Origin: Bdellovibrionales bacterium
Lineage (GTDB): Bacteria > Patescibacteriota > Patescibacteriia > UBA9570 > XYC2-FULL-38-9
NCBI GenBank assembly: GCA_044233365.1
Contig: JBIIKE010000001.1
Coordinates: forward strand, 1 to 37,080
Reading direction: 5' to 3'
DNA length: 37,080 bases
The notes beneath the pieces were generated by a model. That model was not told the origin of the DNA and ran no database searches. It saw only the letters and a program-made list of their open reading frames with translations. Below, piece by piece: positions 29,529 to 37,080 of the stretch (position 1 is the first letter of the stretch; every line of letters starts with the position of its first letter). The translations under genes were made by a program, and so were the position numbers.

Positions 29529-29557
29529 TTGACACAAGCTGCTCACTGTTGTATAGT
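29529..29557 (+). promoter_or_regulatory. rpmH promoter TTGACA-17-TATAGT
   Basis: -35 at 29529-29534, exactly 17-nt spacer, -10 at 29552-29557, 22 nt upstream of the rpmH ATG. Confidence 0.5.
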
Positions 29558-29579
29558 TCGGCAGTTACACATTTGATTT

Positions 29580-29711
29580 ATGCCGAAACGAACCTACCAA
29601 CCAAACAGCCGTCGTCGCCAGAAAAAGCATGGTTTTCGTGCACGCGCTCGTAAAGCGTTGCACATCATCAAAGCTCGTCGTGCTAAAGGCCGCAAAAAAT
29701 TGACTGCATAA
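29580..29711 (+). CDS. rpmH: 50S ribosomal protein L34
   Basis: Hand translation gives [43 protein letters not shown]. It is too short for the ORF track. It sits in the classic rpmH-rnpA-yidD-yidC context. Confidence 0.9.
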   Translation: MPKRTYQPNSRRRQKKHGFRARARKALHIIKARRAKGRKKLTA

Positions 29712-29721
29712 TTGAAGTTTT

Positions 29722-30096
29722 ATGCTGCCTCGGGCGCATCGCGGATTGAAGCGGTCAGACTTTAACCGAATGTATAAAAGCGGAAAAACCCTAAAAACCG
29801 CTTTTTTTCGTATTAAAACTGCTCCAATGGAGGTTGCTGAAGTTGAAAAAGGCCTGAAAAATCGCTTTGGAGTGGTAATTTCTGGCAAAACCCTCAAAGG
29901 TGCTGTGAGGCGCAACCGACTCCGCCGCCAGATATTTGCTATTTTTAGGGAAATTGAGCCGCTATTGCTTCGGCCAGCGTTTATTGTTGTAATCCCTGAA
30001 TCTCAGGCAAAAGATGCTAATTTTAGTGAATTAAAAGCTGATTTAATCACCGGCTTGATAAAAATCGGTTTTTTGGATCCAACGATACAAACATGA
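29722..30096 (+). CDS. rnpA: Ribonuclease P protein component
   Basis: Basic 124-aa protein in conserved synteny after rpmH; the sequence includes RLRRQIFAIFRE. Confidence 0.85.
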   Translation: MLPRAHRGLKRSDFNRMYKSGKTLKTAFFRIKTAPMEVAEVEKGLKNRFGVVISGKTLKGAVRRNRLRRQIFAIFREIEPLLLRPAFIVVIPESQAKDANFSELKADLITGLIKIGFLDPTIQT

Positions 30097-30371
30097 AGCT
30101 CATACACCTCCCTAAAAAAACAGGGATTGCGCTGATCCGCGTCTATCAGAAGACGCTTTCACCAGATCATGGTATGATGGCCGGACTAACTCCAGCTGGA
30201 TGCCGCTATTATCCAACCTGTTCTGAGTATACTGCTCAAGCGATTGATCGTTTTGGGCTTATTGGCGGCTCAGTGCTCGGGAGTTGGCGGATCATTCGTT
30301 GTAATCCGTTCACAAGCGGTGGGATCGATGATGTTCCAGAGACATTTACATTCAAAAAACATTCACATTAA
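30093..30371 (+). CDS. yidD: Membrane protein insertion efficiency factor YidD
   Basis: IRVYQKTLSP...CRYYPTCSEYTAQAIDRFG...RCNPFTSGGIDDVP is the hallmark YidD sequence. ATGA overlap with rnpA. Confidence 0.85.
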   Translation: MKLIHLPKKTGIALIRVYQKTLSPDHGMMAGLTPAGCRYYPTCSEYTAQAIDRFGLIGGSVLGSWRIIRCNPFTSGGIDDVPETFTFKKHSH

Positions 30372-30373
30372 TT

Positions 30374-31171
30374 ATGGGAAATCTGTACACACAATTTTTA
30401 TACGACCCACTCTTCAATACATTGATTTGGCTGTACGATGTCATGCCGTGGCAGGATTTGGGTATCGCGATTATTTTGCTCACACTGCTTATTAAATTGT
30501 TATTGTTCTATCCATCATTACAAGCTATTCGTCAGCAAAAAGGGATGCAAGAGTTGCAGCCGAAGCTTGAAGAGTTGAAGAAAAAATATAAAGACGACAA
30601 AGAAGAGCTTGGGAAGCAGATGATGGGGCTCTACAAAACCCATAAAGTCAATCCATTGTCCAGTTGCTTGCCTCTGTTGATTCAGTTGCCGGTGTTGATT
30701 GCGCTGTTTAATGTCTTTAATAACGGTTTGCACATTGATGCAGCAACTGGCTATTTAGCACAAGACGTATTGACGCATTTGTATGAGCCAATGAAGACAG
30801 CATATCAGACTGTTGTTATTAACACGCAGTTTTTAGGTTTTGTTGATTTGACGGCGACACATAATATTCCACTCGCAGTTGCGGCTGGTGCGGCACAATT
30901 TGCGCAAGCCAAGATGATGCAAAATAAGCGGCCAAAAGTTCAGAGCGAAGGCGCGAAAGATGAGGATATGGCTGCGATTTTGAATAAACAAATGCTCTAT
31001 GTGCTGCCGGTGATGACGATTGTGTTTGGGTATCAATTCCCTGCTGGTGTAACGTTGTATTGGTTTGCTTCAACGATGTTTACTTGGATTCAACAATTAA
31101 TTTTCTTGCGAGAACACAAACGTATGGATGCTGCGAAAGAAAACGCAGTTGAGATTATCGATGTGAAATAA
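30374..31171 (+). CDS. yidC: Membrane protein insertase YidC (short form)
   Basis: Multi-TM 265-aa protein with YidC/Oxa1 motifs (MQELQPKLEELKKKYKDD, NPLSSCLPLLIQLPVLIALF), in conserved synteny. Confidence 0.85.
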   Translation: MGNLYTQFLYDPLFNTLIWLYDVMPWQDLGIAIILLTLLIKLLLFYPSLQAIRQQKGMQELQPKLEELKKKYKDDKEELGKQMMGLYKTHKVNPLSSCLPLLIQLPVLIALFNVFNNGLHIDAATGYLAQDVLTHLYEPMKTAYQTVVINTQFLGFVDLTATHNIPLAVAAGAAQFAQAKMMQNKRPKVQSEGAKDEDMAAILNKQMLYVLPVMTIVFGYQFPAGVTLYWFASTMFTWIQQLIFLREHKRMDAAKENAVEIIDVK

Positions 31172-31634
31172 GCGAGTAGTCGTATTGATCGGCGTCAGTG
31201 TTTGGGCTAGAGGCAAATACTAGTAACAGCGAACCAGCTTGACTGCTTGTGACTGCATGCGCGATTGGTGTATTCACAAACAACATTGAGTTTTCACTCG
31301 ATTTGAGCTCAATTGTTTCCCGGACTTTAGTTTCTATATCTTCGAGTGTGACAACAAAATCGCCGACAGTCGGAATGAATAATTCTTTTTTGTGATGATG
31401 GTAGTGATTTCCTGCGGTGTTGCCTGCTTCGTAAAAGCGCACGCTATACGAATAACGGAGTTCAAAATCTTCGACCAATGGAAAGCGCGAATCATAATTC
31501 ACCAGGATTTCTCGGCCTGGTTTTTTTGGATTACGGCGTGGTTCAAAAAAGAATTGAGTCGCCAGTTTGTGCTGTATGGTTTTGATTGGTTTTGAAAACG
31601 GATCCATGGGATCTTCTATGGTAGTGGTGTTCAT
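31155..31634 (-). CDS. Cupin-fold protein, WxcM/FdtA-like (sugar ketoisomerase-like)
   Basis: GNHYHHHKKELFIPTVGDF resembles the His-containing cupin motif of WxcM-like proteins. Its 3' end overlaps the convergent yidC by 17 nt. Confidence 0.5.
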   Translation of the reverse strand: MNTTTIEDPMDPFSKPIKTIQHKLATQFFFEPRRNPKKPGREILVNYDSRFPLVEDFELRYSYSVRFYEAGNTAGNHYHHHKKELFIPTVGDFVVTLEDIETKVRETIELKSSENSMLFVNTPIAHAVTSSQAGSLLLVFASSPNTDADQYDYSLISHR

Positions 31635-31643
31635 AGTATAAAA

Positions 31644-32306
31644 TTATGAAAAGAGTGTGATGATTTTCTCAAACGACAGTTCGGTGAAATCCCGGACTGT
31701 TTTTTTTGCGCCAACCAGTTCGTCTGGTCGCGCGCTGGTGAGGATTCCGATGGTTGGAATTTCAGCTCTCACAGCTGAGTGTAGTCCGTGTGGTGAGTCT
31801 TCAAAAGCAACGGCGTGTTCTGCGTTTACGTTAAAATATTCAAGGGCTTTGAGGTATGGTTCTGGATCTGGCTTAATGCGCTCAACGTCTTCGATGGCAA
31901 TAATAGTTTCAAAATAATGGTCGATGCCCGCGGCGCTTAGGTCGCGTTCAATAATAGCGCGCTTTCCAGAGCTCACAATACAGATTTGCACGTTGTGTTT
32001 TTTGAGGTCAGCAAGCAGCGCTTCAACTCCAGATGTTAACAATGCTTTCGCGTCTTCACATTTTTTTGCAGTCAGCACTCGCGCAGCCCGTTCCAGTTTC
32101 CACGCGAAGTCTTCTGAATACAAATCACGCAACTTCAACATCAGTGTAATACGGTCAATATACGGCGTGCCAGAATGAGCGGCAGATTCCTCTGGTGAAA
32201 TGGTGATGCCGCATTCTTTTTGAAGCACTGTCTCAATAGAGGTGCGGTGAATCTGCTCCGTCGAAAAGAGCGTTCCGTCAAAATCAAAACACGCGAGCCT
32301 GAGCAT
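31644..32306 (-). CDS. HAD-superfamily hydrolase (beta-phosphoglucomutase-like phosphatase)
   Basis: Motif I FDFDGTL, motif II VSSG, and a distal EDSPHG motif. Confidence 0.8.
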   Translation of the reverse strand: MLRLACFDFDGTLFSTEQIHRTSIETVLQKECGITISPEESAAHSGTPYIDRITLMLKLRDLYSEDFAWKLERAARVLTAKKCEDAKALLTSGVEALLADLKKHNVQICIVSSGKRAIIERDLSAAGIDHYFETIIAIEDVERIKPDPEPYLKALEYFNVNAEHAVAFEDSPHGLHSAVRAEIPTIGILTSARPDELVGAKKTVRDFTELSFEKIITLFS

Positions 32307-32322
32307 GAAATTGTACTACTAG

Positions 32323-32595
32323 TTAATACGCGCTTTTGACAGTAACGTCGCCTTCGACTTGGCACTGACATGCGAGCCGTTGCCCTTCTTCAGCGCCCAT
32401 TGCGTCGAGTGTTTCTTGTTCATTTTCTTCAATCGCTGAAACTGCGCCGTCGACTGTTGATAAACAGGTTCCGCAAATTCCTTGCTCGCAACCAAATGGA
32501 ATCATTGCGCCAGCATCTTCTGAGACGTCCTTTAGATTGCTGCCTGCCTCGACATCAACGCTGATATTGTCGTCTTCAAATGTAACTTTTGCCAT
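32323..32595 (-). CDS. 2Fe-2S ferredoxin
   Basis: Cys ligand pattern GCEQGICGTC ... LACQC in a 90-aa acidic protein. Confidence 0.8.
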   Translation of the reverse strand: MAKVTFEDDNISVDVEAGSNLKDVSEDAGAMIPFGCEQGICGTCLSTVDGAVSAIEENEQETLDAMGAEEGQRLACQCQVEGDVTVKSAY

Positions 32596-32619
32596 AGATG
32601 AAATAGTGATGTGTCTTTG

Positions 32620-32692
32620 TGGGTGCAGAGGGATTCGAACCCCCGGCCAATTGGTTAAGAGCCAACTGCTCTACCAGCTGAGCTATGCACCC
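32620..32692 (-). tRNA. tRNA-Lys (anticodon CUU), no encoded CCA
   Basis: GGGTGCA TA GCTC AGCTGGTA GAGC A GTTGG CTCTTAA CCAAT TGGCC GGGGG TTCGAAT CCCTC TGCACCC A. Confidence 0.9.
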
Positions 32693-32693
32693 G

Positions 32694-32770
32694 TGGTGCG
32701 CCTGCCAGGAATTGAACCCAGAACCTCTTGGTCCGAAGCCAAGCGCTCTATCCAATTGAGCTACAGACGC
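32694..32770 (-). tRNA. tRNA-Arg (anticodon UCG), CCA encoded
   Basis: GCGTCTG TA GCTC AATTGGATA GAGC G CTTGG CTTCGGA CCAAG AGGTT CTGGG TTCAATT CCTGG CAGGCGC A CCA. Its CCA end is 1 nt from the 5' end of tRNA-Lys. Confidence 0.9.
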
Positions 32771-32788
32771 ATATTTATACGCCCAAAG

Positions 32789-32817
32789 AGCATAACGAAA
32801 AAGCATCGTCACGTCAA
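32789..32817 (-). promoter_or_regulatory. Candidate promoter TTGACG-17-TATGCT for the tRNA-Arg/tRNA-Lys pair
   Basis: Minus strand: -35 at 32812-32817 and -10 at 32789-32794. It ends about 19 nt upstream of the tRNA-Arg 5' end. Confidence 0.4.
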
Positions 32818-32854
32818 TCTGTGCGATGCTCTTATAGGTATTTTTCTTCTTTGC

Positions 32855-33160
32855 CTATACAGCCGAGTCTTCCGGCATGCTCGTGTGCTTAATTGCTTCT
32901 TTGAGGTTTTTTCCGGCTTTGAATTTTGGAACAGTAACAGCTGGGATTTGCATTGGTTCAGATGGATTCTGTGGATTCACACCGTTGCGTGCATGACGAA
33001 ATTTCGCCATAAATGTTCCGAAGCCCGCAATAGTTACTTCGTCCCCTTTTTGTAATGTTTCTGTCACAATGTTTGTGAATGCGTCGATATATTCTTCAGC
33101 GGTTTTTTTTGGAAGTCCCGTGCGATCGCTCAGAGCCTCCGCGAGTGATGCTTTGTTCAT
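32855..33160 (-). CDS. hup: HU family DNA-binding protein
   Basis: MNKASLAEALSDRTGLPKKTAEEYIDAFTNIVTETLQKGDEVTIAGFGTFMAKFRHARNGVNPQN...IPAVTVPKFKAGKNLKEAI is a canonical HU/IHF fold sequence. Confidence 0.9.
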   Translation of the reverse strand: MNKASLAEALSDRTGLPKKTAEEYIDAFTNIVTETLQKGDEVTIAGFGTFMAKFRHARNGVNPQNPSEPMQIPAVTVPKFKAGKNLKEAIKHTSMPEDSAV

Positions 33161-33266
33161 AGGTCTTAAATGGATTGTTTATTACTTGAAGTATACAGGT
33201 TTTTTTCCTACTTTGCCTAGGCTTTTGATCAATTTTATACACATTGCTCGCGTGAATTGGCTATAG

Positions 33267-34247
33267 TTAGCTACGGCTTGTGAGTTGAATGCGTTCTATA
33301 GAGGATGCTTTTTCAGTCTCTCTTTCAATAGTAATGAGGAGGCCTTGTACGATTGTTTCAGTGGCGTTATCGGGTGGCTCCAGGCTCACGTCTTGTTTGT
33401 AGGCAACTTTTTTTATCGCGATGTCACGGCGCATGCCAATTGATGAATCGAGCGCGCCTGTAAAACCAAGGTCTGTAATAAAGGCTGTTCCTTCCCCGAG
33501 GATCTGTTCATCAGCCGTTTGTACATGCGTATGCGTTCCGACAACGGCGAGAGCACGACCGTCAGTATAATATCCAAACACTCTTTTTTCTCCGGTGGCT
33601 TCGGCATGTAGATCAAAAATTGTGTGGACATTTTCGTCTGCATAAGTGGCGATGAGCGCGTCAGCAGTTTCAAAAGGTGAGGCGACGGTGTCTTTCATGA
33701 AGACTTGGCCGAGCAGACAAGAGATGACAATATCTTTCGTGAACCCGTGAACGCGGATGCGAGTGTGGGTAGGTCCGGCGAGTGCCTTGTCCGCATTTGC
33801 AGGCCTGAGAACAGTCGGGTGTTTTTTTGAAGCGAGGAGTTGGACACCAGCCGCGTTTTTCCAGGTATGATTTCCGCCGGTGAAAACGTCAACGCCAGTT
33901 TGTTGAAGTTCCGCGATTGTGTCAGGCGTGATACCAAAGCCATGCGCAAGATTTTCTGATTGGGCAATTACGAGGTCGATTCCTCGATTGTGTTTCAATT
34001 TCTGTAATTCATTTTTCAAAGCAATCCGACCTGGTCGTCCAACAATATCACCAATCAGAAGAATGTGGAGCGGTTCGTTTGCGTTAGCGTCGAGCGTACC
34101 TTTTCGTTCTGCGGTCGGCTCAATGACAACTGCGTCTGTTGTTGGTATCACCGTAAATACAGGAACAGGAACCTCAAGAGGCGCCTGTTCGTTGTTGCTT
34201 GAGTTGTCTGCGGCTTTATCGAGCATATTCGACAATGCGCGTCTCAC
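33267..34247 (-). CDS. ymdB: YmdB-family metallophosphoesterase (TIGR00282 type) with a ~65-aa N-terminal extension
   Basis: HILLIGDIVGRPGR...VIAQSENLAHGFGIT...VFTGGNHTW...DLHAEATGEK...GTHTHVQTAD are YmdB motifs. The rny-ymdB synteny is conserved. The 5' end overlaps the rny 3' end by 32 nt. Confidence 0.85.
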   Translation of the reverse strand: MRRALSNMLDKAADNSSNNEQAPLEVPVPVFTVIPTTDAVVIEPTAERKGTLDANANEPLHILLIGDIVGRPGRIALKNELQKLKHNRGIDLVIAQSENLAHGFGITPDTIAELQQTGVDVFTGGNHTWKNAAGVQLLASKKHPTVLRPANADKALAGPTHTRIRVHGFTKDIVISCLLGQVFMKDTVASPFETADALIATYADENVHTIFDLHAEATGEKRVFGYYTDGRALAVVGTHTHVQTADEQILGEGTAFITDLGFTGALDSSIGMRRDIAIKKVAYKQDVSLEPPDNATETIVQGLLITIERETEKASSIERIQLTSRS

Positions 34248-35730
34248 GAATCATGGTGATTTTAATTTCACCTGGGTATTTCAACGTTTCTTCAATCCGT
34301 TTTGCCATATCTTTGGCAAGTTGGTGGGCTTCAAAATCTGAGACAACACCCGGGTCAATAAAGACACGAACCTCACGCCCTGCTTGAATCGCATAGACTT
34401 TTTGGACGCCCTGGAAGGTCATGACGGTGTTTTCGAGCTCTTCTAAGCGTTGTACATATTGCTCGAGTGAGTCTTTGCGTGCACCAGGACGCCCTGCCGA
34501 AATCGCATCAGCTACTTTAACGATAATCCCTTCAATTGACGGCGGTAGATCGTCATGATGACAAAATGCTGCGTCAGACAGCTCTTGAGAAAAGCCAAAC
34601 TTTCGGCCAATGTCACGACCGATTTCAGGGTGCGTTCCTTGAATATCATGGTCCAGCGCTTTGCCAATATCGTGGAACAAGCCAGCTTTCCGTGCCATTG
34701 CGACGTCAGCACCGAGCTCTTCAGCAATGAGCGCGGCAACTGTTCCGACTTCAATCGAATGCCGCAAGACGTTTTGTCCGTAACTGGTTCGGTAACGCAG
34801 GCGGCCGAGAATCTGTGTGAGTTTTGGATCAATACCAGTGATGCCCATTTCATAGAGCGCTTCTTCACCCGCTTGTTTGATTTCACCTTGCAATTGTTTC
34901 TTCGAGAGCTCGACCACTTCTTCAATGCGGCCTGGGTGAATCCGACCATCTTCCATCAAGCGTTCAATCGTGCGTTTCGCAAGATGACGTCGAATTGGTG
35001 AGAAGCTGGAGAGTAAAATGGCTTGTGGCGTATCGTCAACAATCACTTCAACGCCAGTGATTTCTTCAATTTTTTTAATGTTACGACCTTCTTTCCCGAT
35101 AATACGACCTTTCATTTCATCAGATGGGAGATGGAGTACGGTTGATGTTGTTTCAGCGGAATGTGACATGCCGCAGCGGTGAATCGCTTGGGTTAAAATG
35201 TCACGAGCTTTTGCGTCATAGACATCAGCAGTGGTTTCTTGCAGTTTGCGGACACGGCTCATCAAAGCATCGTTTTCATCTTGTTCAACCTTTTTCATCA
35301 AGACCTCAGTCGCCTGTTCGCGTGAGAGTGAGGCAACAGTTTCCAGTTTATCGAGTTGTTGTTGTTTAATCTGCTTGAGCTCTTCTTTGTCTTTTTCGAG
35401 TTGTTCGTTTTTTTCCTGAATCAAGTCTTGTTTTTTTTCAATGTCGAGCAGTTTTTGATCAAACATGCTTTCGCGTTTTTCAATGCGTTGTTGCATCTGT
35501 TGCATTTCATCGCGGCGTTTTTCTTCTTCCTTCTTGGCGTCCTCGATGATTTTCAAGGCTTGTTCTTTGGCTTTGAGAACGAGTTCTTGCTGTTCAGACT
35601 TCGCGTCTTTTAATAATTGTTCTGCCTTCCCTTCGGCTGAGTTTTTTGCACTGGCGGCTTTGAGTTGTCGCAATAGCCAGCCCAGGCCAAGCCCGAGAAT
35701 GGCAGCGACAAAAATAAAAATCATGTCCAT
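34216..35730 (-). CDS. rny: Ribonuclease Y
   Basis: N-terminal TM segment (MDMIFIFVAAILGLGLGWLL), a coiled coil, a KH domain (GRIIGKEGRNIKKIEEITG) and an HD domain (HSIEV...LFHDIGK). Confidence 0.9.
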   Translation of the reverse strand: MDMIFIFVAAILGLGLGWLLRQLKAASAKNSAEGKAEQLLKDAKSEQQELVLKAKEQALKIIEDAKKEEEKRRDEMQQMQQRIEKRESMFDQKLLDIEKKQDLIQEKNEQLEKDKEELKQIKQQQLDKLETVASLSREQATEVLMKKVEQDENDALMSRVRKLQETTADVYDAKARDILTQAIHRCGMSHSAETTSTVLHLPSDEMKGRIIGKEGRNIKKIEEITGVEVIVDDTPQAILLSSFSPIRRHLAKRTIERLMEDGRIHPGRIEEVVELSKKQLQGEIKQAGEEALYEMGITGIDPKLTQILGRLRYRTSYGQNVLRHSIEVGTVAALIAEELGADVAMARKAGLFHDIGKALDHDIQGTHPEIGRDIGRKFGFSQELSDAAFCHHDDLPPSIEGIIVKVADAISAGRPGARKDSLEQYVQRLEELENTVMTFQGVQKVYAIQAGREVRVFIDPGVVSDFEAHQLAKDMAKRIEETLKYPGEIKITMIRETRIVEYAR

Positions 35731-35762
35731 AAATGTTTCAGTTGCCTCGCGATTGTATTACT

Positions 35763-35785
35763 CAAAAAACCCAATGAATTGGGTT
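35763..35785 (-). terminator. Terminator hairpin between clpP and rny
   Basis: Minus strand AACCCAAT tc ATTGGGTT followed by UUUUU, about 35 nt upstream of the rny ATG. Confidence 0.5.
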
Positions 35786-35930
35786 ATGCGCGATGAGAAT
35801 TGTGGAGCAATGAATGCTGCATAAAATAGATCAAACGCGTAGTGAGCAGGAACAGACGGTCAGCAAAATTTCAAAAGAATTAGTGTACTTTCAGACTACT
35901 CTTTGCTGTGGGTTTCGTCAAACTGATTTT

Positions 35931-36527
35931 TTACGCGATGATTTTATCGATCAAGCCGTATTTCTTGGCTTCTTCGGCAGTCATGAAGTTGTCGCGATCC
36001 GTATCGTTTTCAATTGTTTTGAGCTTTTGTCCAGTATGTTTCACTAAAATTGTGTTCAAACGATCTTTCACACGCAAAATATGTTCCGCGGCGATTTTGA
36101 TATCAGCTGCTTGTCCTTCAGCGCCGCCCATCACTTGATGAATCATCACTTCCGCATTTGGCAGTGCAAACCGCTTGCCTTTCGTGCCTGCTGCCAATAA
36201 CACCGCGCCCATAGAAGCTGCCATTCCAACGCAAATGGTACTGACATCTGGTTTGATGTATTGCATTGTGTCATAAATCGCCAAACCCGCTGAGACCGAA
36301 CCGCCCGGAGAATTTAAATAGATTTTAATATCTTTGTCCGCATCTTGTGATTCCAAAAAGAGTAATTGTGCAATGACCGCGTTCGCGACGCCATCATTAA
36401 TTCCAGTGCCAAGAAAAATAATTCGTTCTTTTAATAAACGAGAGTAAATGTCATAGGCGCGTTCGCCATAGGGTGATTTTTCAATCACAGTCGGCACCAT
36501 GTAATCGTTGGAAATTTCAGTATTCAT
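35931..36527 (-). CDS. clpP: ATP-dependent Clp protease proteolytic subunit
   Basis: [13 protein letters not shown], the active-site Ser context [11 protein letters not shown], and the His context MIHQVMGG. Confidence 0.95.
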   Translation of the reverse strand: MNTEISNDYMVPTVIEKSPYGERAYDIYSRLLKERIIFLGTGINDGVANAVIAQLLFLESQDADKDIKIYLNSPGGSVSAGLAIYDTMQYIKPDVSTICVGMAASMGAVLLAAGTKGKRFALPNAEVMIHQVMGGAEGQAADIKIAAEHILRVKDRLNTILVKHTGQKLKTIENDTDRDNFMTAEEAKKYGLIDKIIA

Positions 36528-36560
36528 AGAATAGAAAGATAATAGAGCGACAGTACCACA

Positions 36561-37080
36561 TTATTTTTGAATAATCCAGCCGCCTGGTGTTTCAACTAAT
36601 TTTCCTTGAACTGCAAAGCCCGCGGCTTTTTTGTGTCCGCCGCCACCAAAGGCTTGTGCCAATTTACTCACATCGACTTGCGGATGAGTTGTGCGGAAGC
36701 TGCCCTTCACTGTCGTTTCATCTCGTTGCGTCAACACCAAAATCACGCGCGCATCTGTTTCTTGATCGAGTGAATTCAAAAAATTACTAATGCCTTCTGA
36801 GCCATCTGTGCCCGCTGCTGCTAAATCTTCTTGTGTTAAAACGGTGTAGACCAAGCCGTAGGGTGTTTGTTGCAAACGCTCGAGCGCTTTCCCCCACATT
36901 TTCAATGTTGCAAGCGACCGATTATTCATCGTGCGTTTTGAAAGGTCTGGCAAATTCACGCCGCGTTTTAATAAATCCGAAGCGGCATCAACGGATGAGC
37001 CCGTCGTTGCGAGGTTCATGAAATGTCCCGTGTCAGTGATGAGTCCGGTCAATAAACACTCGGATGATTTTTTGCTCAGC
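36561..37080 (-). CDS. DHH/DHHA1 phosphoesterase, NrnA-like (C-terminal part; 5' end beyond the window)
   Basis: The frame is open to the window edge (...LLTGLITDTGHFMN...), and the DHHA1 motif GGGGHKKAAGF lies near the C-terminus. Confidence 0.75.
   Translation of the reverse strand, partial: LSKKSSECLLTGLITDTGHFMNLATTGSSVDAASDLLKRGVNLPDLSKRTMNNRSLATLKMWGKALERLQQTPYGLVYTVLTQEDLAAAGTDGSEGISNFLNSLDQETDARVILVLTQRDETTVKGSFRTTHPQVDVSKLAQAFGGGGHKKAAGFAVQGKLVETPGGWIIQK

Noticed and set aside
32537-33055. The 172-aa plus-strand and 78-aa minus-strand ORFs
   Set aside because: They run across the two tRNA genes and antisense to hup, so they are spurious.

Overview
The window is a low-GC backbone, about 42% in sampled 60-nt lines, densely packed with housekeeping genes. 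It looks like a reduced-genome bacterium, possibly Patescibacteria/CPR-like. That placement is inference from three things: a 23S-5S unit with no 16S, lamin-tail-domain and DciA-type genes, and almost no Shine-Dalgarno (SD) sequences.

Gene order, left to right:
- PHP/EndoQ-like gene (partial), then 5S and 23S rRNA (minus strand, no 16S)
- [GC-rich purA], tRNA-Leu(CAG), TrmB-like regulator
- [GC-rich 2-gene island], APH-fold kinase, membrane protein, DUF1697, tRNA-Leu(UAG), large lamin-tail-domain surface protein
- [GC-rich orphan ORF], polA, holA, rpsT
- [725-bp gap with a GC-rich 90-aa ORF and structured non-coding DNA]
- RibL-like nucleotidyltransferase, uvrB, orphan ORF, tyrS, class A PBP, DciA-like gene
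- dnaN, oriC, dnaA, second DnaA-box cluster, rpmH, rnpA, yidD, yidC
- cupin, HAD hydrolase, 2Fe-2S ferredoxin, tRNA-Lys, tRNA-Arg, HU, ymdB, rny, clpP, nrnA (partial)

I found no CRISPR array, integrase, transposase, reverse transcriptase or recognisable defence system.

The most unusual signal is four short, compositionally foreign islands: about 4010-5390, 7400-8400, 13470-14260 and 18700-18990. They sit in intergenic spacers of otherwise conserved housekeeping synteny. Every island gene has a canonical GGAGG Shine-Dalgarno sequence, while nearly all backbone genes have none. Three of the four encode proteins I cannot assign to any family. They could be recent horizontal acquisitions, assembly chimeras or something new, and I cannot tell which from the sequence alone.

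Other points of interest are a terminator-bounded ~190-nt unit in the rRNA leader, a bipartite oriC, and an internally triplicated TrmB-like regulator.
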